Positions 39,721 to 51,962 of a stretch of 51,962 bases of DNA are shown here, piece by piece. How positions within the stretch are numbered: position 1 is the first letter of the stretch; every line of letters starts with the position of its first letter. Origin of the DNA: Octopus bimaculoides (Eukaryota); NCBI RefSeq assembly GCF_001194135.2, contig NC_068994.1, positions 27,591,536 through 27,643,497 on the forward strand, read 5' to 3'. Made by a program: the position numbers and the translations under genes. Below the pieces are notes generated by a model. It ran no database searches. It saw only the letters and a program-made list of their open reading frames with translations, and had not been told where the DNA came from.

Positions 39721-42331
39721 ATTTAGTAAGGTGTGCTCAAAGTATTGTTACAGTCGTCTCCTTGAATTTGGAATAACAAAAGTCAGCAGGTCAGCTCATT
39801 AGATGTATAGTAATGATATACTAAAATTACAACAATCTAGGACGTTTATAACTGTCTCCTGAAAAAGCCTCAAAACTTCTGAAATGTACCTTTTGCTTAT
39901 GTGTATGTATGTATGTGTGTGTGTGTGTGTTTGGATATATGTGTGTTTGTATATGGATATATATATTTCCATATTGTGTGTATATATATATGTACGAATG
40001 AATGTGAATGTGTGTATGTATATATTCTATTGATTCTTTTACTCTATTAATCTTACAGAAAACAAAGCTAAGCAAAGAAATAGTTAAAATATTTCAAGGA
40101 AACACAATAGAGTTGCTAATGAGATGGACATTGTGGGGGAAATTCATGTGATAACATAAAATAGCATATGATATGTCATCTGATAACCTATAATATGACA
40201 TGAATGCTATGATACTTATGCCAGCATGCAAGAACAAATATTATGGTGGTGATGATGATGGTGATGGGAAGAGATATTAGCTGTGTATATTGTACTTGAT
40301 GCACAATAATGTGAATATGAATAATTGCATGAGTTATAAAAGAAAAAAAAAAAAAAGAAAATAAAAGCTAACATTGGGTAATGCACTCCAACATACACAC
40401 TTACTAAATAGAAAAAAAAGTTAACAGGATGATCATGGTTAGATTAAGCCTTTGATCTTAAATAATAATGTTATATGCACATGAATAATAACGTTATACA
40501 CACACAGTGTATAATGAGGTCTGACCTCAAGTTTAACACCAACAGTTTTTCTGCTTGGGTAAAGAATCAATATTAATCAGTATAGATTAATATTATCAGT
40601 TTCAATAACAAATGGTATGATTGAAATAGCTAATGGCTTGCTGCATTTCTAAGTTCAAATCTTAGAGTTCATTTTACTTTTCATTTCTCCAGGGTTTGAA
40701 AATTGTGCCAGATATATACTGGTGTCACTTCAATTCATTACAGCCTTACTCCAGGTGGTAGCTGTCATTTGATGCCATTCCTACAGTTATTGAGGATGGT
40801 ACAGGCAGCTGTAATAACACCAGGTAGAGCTGTTCATTTGATGTCACTCTTATTGTTAGTGAGAATGGTGTAGGCTGCTGGTTCTTTCTCCCCACAAAGT
40901 TGTTCTGACCTCACTTATAATCTTCAGAAGATATTGATTGATTGATTTACAGAAGAAACTGTATAAACAATAACAACAAACATGCCATACCAGTCACCCT
41001 TACAAAGACAGCATCTGTTAACTCACAAGTGAAAAACAAAAGACAAGCAACATTAGTAATACTACTAATATTGAAACTACCATTAATGTACATCTACTAC
41101 TAGTATACACATCTACTACACTACCACCATCACCACCACTGCTATTACTGCTGCTGCTGCTGCTACCAACCCTCAGTCAAGAGTAACTTTTACTCTGTCT
41201 CAAGTCTACCCAATGATGACAATGAACCTGCAGATGGTGGCACAGCCACATCTCTTCACCAAATTAAATTTACAATATCCTTCCCTGTACAATATATTTC
41301 CCTGTGCAATATCCCTCCCTGTACAATATTCTCTGTGCAATATCCTTACTGTACAATATTCTTCCTTGTGTCACAGGAATGGATCATACTGGGAGGAACT
41401 ACAAGGTAAATTATAAATGAACCACAAAATATCTTTACAACAAGGCCAATTCTCAATAAAATAGCAAAACATACATTATTTTCATTGTGAAACAGAAGTG
41501 CTGATGTTCTTCTGCTATAATGGCTAGTATGCTTACCAAATCTTGACAAAGAAGAACCTTTTATTTTTTTATCTTTTGATTCATACATTGAACTGTGACC
41601 ACACTGGGACAACACCTTGAAGGCTTTTACTTAAACAGTACTTTTTTTGTTTTTTTTCTTCTTTTTTAAGCTTGGTACTTGCCAAACTGCTAAGTTACAA
41701 AAATGATTGTCATTGGGGGTCAGGTTGACAAATAAACACAAAGATGCATGCATTCACACACACAAACAATGATCTACCACACAGCTTCCATCTATCAAAT
41801 TCACTCACAAGCTGACTTAGGGCTATAGCAGATGCTTTCCCAACATGTCACCACATTGTGTGACTGAAACCATACAATATTTTTCAAAAACAAATGTAAT
41901 GTGTGATATACCACCAATCTTTATTTTCATATTAAATTCTGACATAATCATAATTATTTCTTGAAATTTTCATTTTAAAATATCCATTTTTCCAAAAGTT
42001 GTAAGAAAACTAATCCAACTTGTGTGAAACAAGAAATGCGCTTGTTAAAATGTTAATGATGTTGATGAGTGTTTAAATAGAGATATTGATTAATATTATG
42101 TAAATGTTAAATTTTTAAAGTTATTATTTTACTGATGGAGAGACTAATTAGTGAGAGTGGAGTCAAATTTATTGTAAAGTTCAAGTTTACTGGGACTTCA
42201 AGTTTTATCTATTGGCTAGTTCAACCAATCCAAATGAATAAGCTGATAGACGAAAATTTATTGTCTCAGTCAACTTGAACTTTATAATTAATATTAAATA
42301 CTATGTATGCAGTTAATATATGTAAATTTTT

Positions 42332-42370
<39 letters not shown>

Positions 42371-42652
42371 CTAGTGCAAGTACACTATCTTTAAGGTAGC
42401 ATGTTTTACATTGATTGGTTTGATATCATTGTATCATATAATCCTATAATGTATATGAGTAAGTATACATATGTCATGCATGTAGAAAGAACACTGGTAA
42501 GACATGTAACATGAAGGAAGCTCGTATATCAATAATGGAAAATGCAAAATACAGCAATAAGATAAAGTGCAATTATGTTAAAGAATGGGCATTTATAAAC
42601 ACAACGAAAAATTACTACCTAAATACTGCCAATGAATTTCAATATACATTTC

Positions 42653-43462
42653 CATACTATCTCCATTTGCAATGCCAGTTTACATGAAAATTCTAAAAGA
42701 AAAATTTTGTAATACATACAGTTTTAGGCATTGGAGAGGCACTTCCTCAGGCTTGCATCAAAGTCATGCTATTACATTTGTGCATCTATCAGACCTTGTT
42801 ACTAGGAAAGTACCAGGAGGAAATAAAAAGGAAAAAAATTAAAAGTGTGTATGTGGGATGGGTCTGTGGGGAAGATATTATGTGGAGGGGATCAAGAGGG
42901 TAGATACATAGGAGAGAGAAATGGAAGGAGGGAGAGGAAAATGAATACAAGGTGAAAGACAAGAATTGGAAGGAGGAGGAGGAGGAGGAGGAGCAGAAGA
43001 AGAAGAAGAAGAAGAAAACTAATGTCACTGTGTGTTTCAATACATCGTCTTCCTTCGGACAAATCTTGGTACTAATTGACACACCGCCAGCATTTTTCTT
43101 CTTCATTTGCTACTTCTTTTCCTCCTCCTTCTTCCAATTCTTGTCTTTCACCTTCTATTTGTTTTCCTCCCCTCCTTCCCTTTCTCCTTCCTATCATTAT
43201 ACATATCCACCCTCTTAATTCCTCCCCCCCTCCACATAATATCTTCCCCACAGACCCATCCCGCATACACACTTTTAATTGTTTCCTTTTTATTTCATCA
43301 TGGTACTTTCCTAATAACAAGGTCTGATAGATGCATAGTGTAATAGCATGACTTTGATGCAAGTCTGAGGAAGTGCCACCTTAGTACCTAAAACCACATA
43401 TATTACATAATTTTTCTTTTAGAATTTTCATGTAAACTGACGTTGCAAATGGAGATGGTATG
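42653..43462. repeat. Long inverted repeat: arms 42653-43018 and 43093-43462, loop about 72 nt
   Basis: Arms read as reverse complements along their full length (visual estimate 85-90% identity); the ORF track shows mirror-image pseudo-ORFs. Confidence 0.92.
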
Positions 43463-43736
43463 TAAACATGTGTAACTTATAATTAAAGATGTGTTAAAGA
43501 TTTTTCTTTGTCTTCTTCTTTTCATTGAATTATTTACTCTTTGCCAAACCATATGATAGTTTAATCATTGTGAAACTTGGGTTTTCTACTCTAGAAGTAT
43601 TCTGGCTTTGGTTTGGATCCTGAGAGTGTTGATAGCCCAGTTTCCAGGTTGAGTGCTTCTCTGGAAATACCCCAACTTCACACCCAGCTGACTTTAGCCA
43701 TTTGCTCTATACCAAATATATACTTCATATATTCAG

Positions 43737-43821
<85 letters not shown>

Positions 43822-44089
43822 GCAACTTTTAATACAATATCATTGTAAATGCTATTATCCTATTTATGTTTATGTGTAGTGAAAAATTGAGCCCATCTCA
43901 TTCACATTAATTTCACCCTTTTGGTACAGACCAAACAAGGAAGTATATTCTTTGTTTATACATAACATGCAGTTATATAATCAAATATTGTTACATGCAA
44001 AATGAAAGTGAAGCAAAGCAAGCTGATATGTAGGTATACATAATGTTAGTATTATGTTAAAGCAATGGGCATACATACACAATTGTACC

Positions 44090-45280
44090 CTGCCAACTTT
44101 GTTTCCTCACAACTTCTAGAAAAATAGATATTTTTTAATGAAAGTTTCTACAAATATCCTTCGGATGGTGTAGATTTCAATTATATCAGAATTTATTGTG
44201 TAAACATACTATTCTTTGGGAGAGTGGTGAGAGGATTTTCAGAAAATTCACACATAACTTTTGGTAAAATAGGTATCATTAAATGAAAATTTCTACAAAT
44301 GCCTTTCTGAGTGTGTAAATTATGAATATTAGAGGAATTTGATGCGGAAAGGGAGTACACACATATACATACTGTAATAGCACAATTTATTTTTGAAATT
44401 TCAAGTTTCGTTTTGTAAAAATATGTGATATGTATCAGTATGTATGTGTGCTGTCCCACCAATTATTATTTTTTTGTTTTGCATATTAAATTCTGATATA
44501 ATCATATTCTACATACTCTGAAAGGTATTTCTAGAATATTTCATGAAAAAATACTCATTTTTCTGGTAGTTATGAGAAAATGAACGTGACTCATGAATTT
44601 TCTGAAACTCCTCTCACTATCCTTGTAAAAATATTTTCACAACAAATTCTTACATTATCAGAATCTACACAATGCACAGAAGTTGTACTCCAGTCTTGAA
44701 TACTTCACTCTAACCAGTTATTGTATATCGATGCGCATGCATTACCAGTCCATAATGAACATATATTTTTTTTTTAATTATAATCGAAGATACTTATATT
44801 AAAGCCATGGTTATATATGCACAAATGTACGCCACTGACTTAGTCTCCTTATAACTTCCAGAAAAATGAATATTTTTCATGACATTTTCTACAAATATGC
44901 ATTAGATGGTGTAGATGTAGATTAAATCTGAATTTGCTGTGAAAAAAATATGTTTTCAGGGCAGTGGGGACAGGTGTTTCGGATTCACATAAGTCACAAA
45001 ATTCACACAGGTCAGCTTGATTTCCTCATAACTTTTGGAGAAATGGATATTTTTATATGAAAATTTCAAGAAATACCTTCTTGTAGATTATGATTATGTT
45101 GGAATTTAAAATAAAAATAGAAATTGGTGGGATAGCACACATACATACTGATGCACTTCACATTTATTTGAAAAATTTATTTCACAACAAATTCCAATAT
45201 AATCAGAATTTATACCAATTGTAGTGTATTTGTAGAAAATTTTATTCAAAAATATCCATTTCTCTGAGAGATATGAGGGA
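44090..45280. repeat. Diverged repeat of about 140-175 bp in alternating orientations; related copy near 41910-42020
   Basis: Motif gaaaatttctacaaat forward near 44140, 44285, 44883, 45059 and reversed near 44524, 45229; 44412-44463 is the reverse complement of 45122-45175. Confidence 0.65.
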
Positions 45281-45341
45281 AGGAATTCGTTGGAGTGCAT
45301 ATGTGTAGGAATGCTACAACTAACTCTAGCTGGTTACTGTA

Positions 45342-46603
45342 CAAAGAAGTTCCCAAAAGTAACTGGAAGTGTTCTCTGTGGAACAAGCCCATTGTAGTTC
45401 AGGTTTCTGCCATTAGAAGCCACTTGATGCGACCCTCCAGCAACAGTTTGTTGACTAGCAGCGTTGCATGCAGTTGTACTACCATGTGGTGCATCTGTTT
45501 TGTAGTGCTTCTTCCCTGTTTGTTGATTTTTGCCTTGGCTGAAATGAAGGAAGAGCATGCTTCTGTGAAATTCTGTTTTCTGCCAGGGAAAACAGTGGTC
45601 AAAACAGTTGGCATGTCTCAAACAGCTTACAAGGACGCTGCAATGAGCAAAAAAAAAAAAAAATTTACAAGTGGTTTCCATGCTTTAGGAATGGTCACTT
45701 GTCGCTTGAAGACCAATTTCATTCAGGGTGACCATCAACCTCCCAAACACATGAAATCATCATGAAAATTCACGAACTGATCTTGGAGGACCATTTATGA
45801 ACTTGTTGGATACAACTAGTGTGTCCTGGAGCTCCTGCCAACGAATGTTTGAATGAGGAACTGTGAATGAAAAGAGTTGCAGCAAAATTTGTGCCTTGCT
45901 TGCTCATGGAAAAACAGAAACAGTCACAATTGAATGCATGTCATGAACTGAAAGAATAGTTGGAAGTTGATCAGGACCTTTTTTCAAAGTTCATCATGAA
46001 GCAGCAATCAAACCAATGGAATCATTTGATGTCACCATGCCCCCAAAAAGTCCAATGTCAAGACGATGCTGATTTGTTTCATCGATGCGAAAGGAATTGT
46101 CCACAGAGAATCTTTTCCTCCTGGTCAAGCAGTTAACCAGACATTTTACTTGGTAGTTCTGAAACATTTTTGAGATGCAGTGAAACAAAAATGCTCCGAC
46201 CTGTGGCAAAGTGTAGAATGGTGGTTTCATCATGACCTGCACACACCACCTTGAATGTGACACAGTTTTTGACCAAAAATGGCTTGACCCTACATACCCA
46301 CCCAATTACCCACATATCCACCCAGTCTTGCTCCTTGTGACATTTTTTGTTCCCCCAAATGAAAAAAGTCCTTAAAGGGAAACATTTTACAGATGTGGAA
46401 GAGGTGAAGAAAAAAACTATGGAGGTGTTAAAAGGCATCACTTCGCAAGAGTTCCAGCACTGTTTCAAAGAGTGGAAAATGCATCTGGATCACTGCATTG
46501 CTTCAAATGGAGAATACTTTGAAGGCAGTAAAATTGTAAACATGTAAAATTAAGTGAATAAGATAATATTGCAAAATTCCAGCTTCTTTTGGGTACCCCC
46601 TTG
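45342..46603 (+). mobile_element. Full-length mariner (DD34D-type) element, decayed
   Basis: TA both sides; TIRs CAAAGAAGTTCCCAAAAGTAACTGGAA and reverse complement CAAGGGGGTACCCAAAAGAAGCTGGAA; remnants HASVKFCFLPGKT and FPQMKKVLKGKHFTDVEEVKK...CIASNGEYFEG. Confidence 0.88.
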
Positions 46604-47271
46604 TAATATTGTGCATGCATTACTGGAAGTCCATAGTAAACGCATTATTTTAAATAATAATTTTAGATATGTGTGTGGTATGTATGTTTGTACATACACA
46701 CACACACATATATATAAATGAAAGAAAATCATACTTATTCTCCTTGCTCCATTTCTATTTCTCTCCTGTAGCTTTTGCACACACACGTCTGTACACCCAC
46801 TCACACACACACACATTCTTCTACACTTTAACACTCCTTTCTCTCCCACCTCCATCTGTCATCTCTGCTTGACCATTACTGACTCTTTAGCTTGCCAACA
46901 ATCTCAACAAACACTCATGTTATTTATCTTCCTTACTGTCCACACTTCTCTCAAAACAAAAAAAAAAAAACTAATTTTGTTCCCTGCACCATTACATCTG
47001 TTTTTTCACCCCTTCATCATGGTTATTTTTATCCACAAATTTATTTCAGCTTCTTCATGATAGTTATTTCTTCTCCTTTGTGAATTTTATCATTTTCTAA
47101 CCATCCTCTGGACACGCAACCAAACTCTCCAGACCTTTTACTAGTATTGTGTAATTTATACCAGTTTCCTAAACATTTCTTCTTTTCACAAATTCATACA
47201 TTTTCTCTCATTTTAAATTTAACTTTAAACATTACCCTCTTTGATGAAAAACATTTTCACAATCCTATATA

Positions 47272-48380
47272 CTTTGATGTATTGTTTGAAAATAAGAATA
47301 TTTCTCCCAGACCAACGATGACTGGAATATTTTCAATTGTTAGATCAATGGAAATATATGTACACACACACATGCGTGCACACACACACTTGCATGCACA
47401 AACACACACACATACGCATACATGCATACATACATCATCATCATCATCATTTAAGATTCTATTTTTCCTGAGTGTAAACCTAATGCACTCTGTTCATCAA
47501 TAACAGCTTCCATCTTACTCTTGCCATCCCATATACATCATCATGACTTAAATTTCCCTCATTTGCACAAGCTCTTACCTCCTCACATACAAGCTTTCAC
47601 ACCACTTACCTAACAATTACACTCAATCACCAAGGCCACACCAATCCCACTTTGTACTTCCATGTTTGCACACTTGCATACCTTTGTACACATACATACA
47701 ACTCCCTCTTATGCCTACTTCTAGACATAGATACACTCATACACTTTCACCTATGTACCCATCCTTTCCTCCATTGTTAACTTCTCATCATTAAAAAATA
47801 ATTCTCTCCTGGTTTCTAATCTCTCACCTGTTTTTTTTTTTTTTCTCTTTTTACTGATTATTTCTGCCTCTCTTTCTCTCCAATGCTTTTCTTTCTTCTG
47901 ATGAAGGACTAAAGCTGGAAACGTTAAATCACTTTCTCTTTCCATTAAAGTATTATGCTAAGATGACATTCATCAACCTATGTTCTTCTTGTCTCAAAAT
48001 ACAGTTAGCAAGCGATAACAGAAAACTCAAGTACTACAATTAGCTATTTTCTATTGAATTGTTGACTTCAAAATTATAAAAACTATGTGTTTATATCTGT
48101 GAACATACACACACACACAAACACGCATGCATACACGCATGCACACACACACAAACACAGAGTGCAAAAAATATAAATAACACAGAGATGTGATAAAAAA
48201 AAGAACAGAGTGTATTAGGTTCACACTCAGGAAAAATAGAACCTTAAATGATGATGAGGATGATGATGTATGCATGTATGTGTGTGTGTACATATATTTC
48301 CATTCATCTAACAATGGAAAATATTCCAGCCATTGTTGGTCTGGGAGAAATATTCTTGTTTTCAAACAATACATCAAAAG
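47272..48380. repeat. Inverted repeat: arms 47272-47495 and 48203-48380, ending 33 nt before the TM exon
   Basis: ctttgatgtattgtttgaaaataagaatatttctcccagacc... is the reverse complement of ...ggtctgggagaaatattcttgttttcaaacaatacatcaaaag; arms differ mainly in the central CA repeat. Confidence 0.9.
47895..47930 (+). other. Degenerate hammerhead-like motif of Penelope-end type
   Basis: CTGATGAAG-GACTAAAGCTG-GAAACGTT; core and palindromic AACGTT present, stem II not paired. Confidence 0.35.
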
Positions 48381-48413
48381 TTTTTTTGTTTTTCTCTTCT
48401 GTCTTTCTTGCAG

Positions 48414-48522
48414 AAATCTCCACCAATAAAAGCAAAACTAATATAATACCAATAGCAATTGCAGCACCAATTCTTGCACTGTCTGTGGTATTCTTAGCAA
48501 TTGTATTTCTCTACTACAGAAG
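48414..48522 (+). CDS. SORCS: SorCS-like receptor, transmembrane exon D
   Basis: Long pyrimidine tract ending tttcttgcag| and donor GAAG|gtaggc; 109 bp, phase 1 to 2: (E)ISTNKSKTNIIPIAIAAPILALSVVFLAIVFLYYRR, a hydrophobic helix followed by a basic stop-transfer motif. Confidence 0.88.
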
Positions 48523-48654
48523 GTAGGCAATATTTTTTCTTTACCATGTAACACTACATTTTTGTACCTTTTACTACTTTAAGTTGGTGTACCGCTTTCT
48601 GAACAGAAATGTATGCCATCTTTTTATATAAAAGCATAATGATGATGATGATGA

Positions 48655-48852
48655 TTTGCTCTTGGTTTAAGCAGGAAACCAACAGTATCGAGGGAAGGGG
48701 GTTAGTCAGTTCTATTGACCCGAGTACTTCTCTGTTACTTTATTTTATCAACACTAAAAAGATGAAAGGCAAGTTGATCTCAACAGAATTTGAACTCAGG
48801 CTATAGGAATACAACAAATACAACAGCATTTTTCTGGTTCTCTGCCAACCTC
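48655..48852 (-). mobile_element. tRNA-derived SINE
   Basis: Reverse-complement SINE body including gaatttgaactcag. Confidence 0.7.
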
Positions 48853-48857
48853 AGTCA

Positions 48858-49184
48858 GATGGATGGATGGATGGATGGATGGATGGATGGATGGATGGAT
48901 GGATGGATGGATGGATGGATGGATGGATGGATGGATGGATGGATNNNNNNNNNNNNNNNNNNNNNNNNNNNNNNNNNNNNNNNNNNNNNNNNNNNNNNNN
49001 NNNNNNNNNNNNNNNNNNNNNNNNNNNNNNNNNNNNNNNNNNNNNNNNNNNNNNNNNNNNNNNNNNNNNNNNNNNNNNNGATGGATGGATGGATGGATGG
49101 ATGGATGGATGGATGGATGGATGGATGGATGGATGGATGGATGGATGGATGGATGGATGGTTGGTTGGTTGGTTGGTTGGTTGG
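48858..49184. repeat. (GATG)n then (GGTT)n microsatellite spanning a gap
   Basis: Direct reading; source of the MDGW-repeat pseudo-ORFs. Confidence 0.95.
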
Positions 49185-49309
49185 TAAAGTTGACCCAGGC
49201 TGGATTTCAACTCAGAAGAAATGCTGCAAGGCATTAAGGTATTTTCTCGATGTTCTAAATGAAACTGTCAATCCACCAGCCTAGTACCAACAACGACAAC
49301 AATGATGAT

Positions 49310-49514
49310 GTTTTCAAGTTTGGGCACAAGGCCAGCAATATTTGGGGAACAGGCCAAGTCAATTATATTAACTCTAGTTCCTGACTAATACTTTATTTTA
49401 TTGACCCCTGAAGAATGTAAAGTTTAGTTGACCTCAACAGGATTTGAATATGGAATGAAATTAAGCAACTAAACACAAGGTATTTTGTTCATTTCTCTAC
49501 AGATTCTTCCAGTC

Positions 49515-49559
<45 letters not shown>

Positions 49560-50619
49560 GCAATAATAAATGGTTTCAAATTTTGGCACAAGGCCAGAAA
49601 GTTTGAAGGTGGGGAGAAGTTGATTACATCAACCCCAGTTCTCAACTGGTCCTTATTTTATCAGCCCCAAAAGGATGAAAGGCAAAAATTGATCTTGGTG
49701 TAATTTGAACTCAACGGAAAGATAGACGAAATGTCACTAAGCATTTTGTCTGGCATACTAACAATTCTACCTACTCACTACCCTTTAAAATTTTGGCACA
49801 AGTCTAGCAATTTCAGAGCAGAGACTAAGTCAATTAAATCAACCCCAGTGCTCAACTTGTAAGTATTCTATGGCCTCCACCCTCCCCTAAAAGGATGAAA
49901 GGTAAAGTCAACCTCAATGGAATTTGAACTCAGAATGTAAAGACGGACAAAATGCAGCTAAGCATTTTGCCTGATGTGGTAATGATTCTGCCAGTTTGTC
50001 ACCTTACTTAATAATAACAAGAAGAATAGTAATCTTTTCTATTATAGGCATACGGCCTAAAATTTAGTGGGAGAGGGCTCATCAATTACATCAACCCCAG
50101 TCCTTCAATTGGTATTTATTTTATCAACCCTGAAAAGAAGAAAAGCAAAGCCAGCCTTGACAGAATTTTAATTCAAAACATAAAGTACTACTTTTACTAA
50201 CCAAGGTGGATGAAAGGCAACGTAGATTTTGGCAGGATTTTCACTACTGTAAAAATTTCTGATTAGTAAACCAGATGTTTTGGGGATGAGGGAACAGTCA
50301 ATTATATCAACTTCAGTACTTGACAGGTTCTTTCTTTATTGGCCCCTTAAAACGTATAGCTGACTTTGACTGGATTTGAACTAAGAACATTCAAAGTTGG
50401 TTCTAAATGTCACATGACATTTCATTGATGCTCTAACAATTCTGCCAATCCTCTACCCTCACAATTTATTATTATCATCATCAACATGATGATCATCATC
50501 ATCTGGGTGAAAGAAATAAGTACCAATTAAGCACTGGGGTCGATATAAATCAACTAGCCCCTCCTTCAAAATTTCAGGCTTTGTGCTTATTATAGAGAGA
50601 ATTGTTATTATTATTGTTA

Positions 50620-50671
<52 letters not shown>

Positions 50672-51330
50672 GGTTAAGGCATCAAGCTGGCAGAATCATT
50701 AGCATGCCAAGCAAAATACTTAGCAGTATTTCATCTGTCACTATGTTCTGAGTTCAAATTCTGCCGAGGTCAACTTTGCCTTTCAGCAATTCGGGGTCAA
50801 TGAAATAAGTGTCGGGATAATTGACTAGTCCACTTCCCTCAAATTTCAGGCCTTGTGCCTATAGTGAAAAGGATTATTATTATTATCAAGGTAGCAATCT
50901 GGTTGAATCATTAGCACACTGGACATTATGCTTAGTGGTATTTCACCCATCATTATGTTCTGAGTTCAAATTCTGCCAAAGTCAACTTTACCTTTAATCC
51001 TTTCAGGGTCAATGAAATGAGCACCAATCAAATACCAGGGTCGATATAATTGACTTACATCTTCCTCTAAATTTAAGGCCTTGTGTCTATAGTAGGAGGG
51101 ATCATTATTATTATTAAAGCAGCAAGCTGACAGAATCATTGGCATGCCAGACAAAATGCTTAATGACATTTCATCCATCTTCATGTTCTAAGTTCAAATT
51201 CCACTAAGGTTGACTTTGGTTTCTATCCTTTTGGAGTTGATAAAATAAAGCACCAGTCAAGTACTGAGGTCAATGTAATTGACTCCTCCCTTGAAATTAC
51301 TGACCTTATGCCAAAATTTGAAACTAATTA
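49310..51330. mobile_element. Cluster of about 9 tRNA-derived SINE copies: about 5 on - strand (49310-50460), then about 4 on + strand (50500-51330)
   Basis: Repeated gaatttgaactcag on the left and ctgagttcaaattc on the right, separated by (AAT)/(ATT) tracts. Confidence 0.8.
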
Positions 51331-51334
51331 TTAT

Positions 51335-51962
51335 TATTATTATTGAGTGAGAGAGCAAAGCATGCCATCAAAGTGACACTGGGGTGAAATATACAAAGCC
51401 CAGTATACTCATCGTGACTACTCATCAGATAAGGGTATACCAGGCACATGCATCACAGCCATATGTGCATGATATGGTGATCTCAGTAGTTGTATGCTGT
51501 CAACTTAATGTGACGGTCCCCTGAAGGGAATAATATTATTGTTGGTTAGACCTAGGAAGCTGCACTGCTATTATTCCCTTCAGGGGACTGTCACATTAAG
51601 TTGACAGCATACAACTACTTCATCGCATCACTACTGCATAAATCTCTCTGAGAGATTTAGAAATGTATTATTTCTAAAAATGGCGATCTCATATCAAAAT
51701 AAACAGTGCATGACCTTGCAGGTGGGGCCCAGTTAGAATTTTCTTCAGGTCGAGTAGCTCATCCCACTCAAACGGTCCTTGAATAAAGGTTGCTTAGGAA
51801 TGTCGAATGAAACACCCATGTTTTCAGAGGTGAATTATTCAAACCCCAAAGAATTCCTCTCAAAACATGGCTATGATGCTCCCCCTCTACTTCTGCTCAT
51901 GATCAGAGATGCACATATTGTCAGCCACCTAGGGACATGCTCAACTGGTTAAGGTCAAACAA
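51335..51962 (-). mobile_element. Dispersed retroposon-like repeat with (AAT)n tail, interrupted by a 195-bp insertion
   Basis: Abuts (ATT)n at about 51315-51333; recognised from memory as an octopus-type repeat; continuity across 51485-51679 shown by the duplicated atggYgatctc. Confidence 0.5.
51485..51679 (+). other. 195-bp hairpin-rich insertion with 11-bp target duplication
   Basis: 51-bp arms 51485-51535 / 51569-51619 (50 of 51 complementary, the exception G:U); small hairpins 51639-51659 and 51658-51676; flanked by atggtgatctc (51474-84) and atggcgatctc (51680-90). Confidence 0.8.

Noticed and set aside
49480-49520. Possible tail exon ctctacag|ATTCTTCCAGTCTTAA giving RFFQS-stop
   Set aside because: It is the decayed 5' end of a minus-strand SINE; cannot be distinguished from chance without RNA data.

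Overview
AT-rich, microsatellite-dense animal genomic scaffold with N gaps. The repeat families look like those of an octopus or other coleoid cephalopod (inference from pattern recognition, not a search). The window lies inside one + strand gene that the ORF track largely misses. Four GT-AG exons (6439-6551, 7205-7324, 19010-19106, 48414-48522) splice in frame and encode the membrane-proximal (SoMP/SEA-like) domain and transmembrane helix of a SorCS-type VPS10-domain receptor. Introns of 0.65, 11.7 and 29.3 kb hold mostly decayed mobile DNA: RTE and R4/Dong-like LINEs, Penelope-like elements, tRNA-derived SINEs, full-length but dead Tc1 and mariner elements, a Helitron Rep remnant and several MITEs. 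The most interesting non-coding signals are (i) an apparently intact sense-strand type I hammerhead ribozyme in the 29 kb intron, (ii) three long inverted duplications, each associated with a Penelope-type end or hammerhead-like motif, one covering the branch-point region of the transmembrane exon, (iii) head-to-head SINE arrays after that exon and (iv) a 195-bp all-hairpin insertion with an 11-bp target duplication. No rRNA, true tRNA or CRISPR array is supported. Repeat boundaries are approximate.
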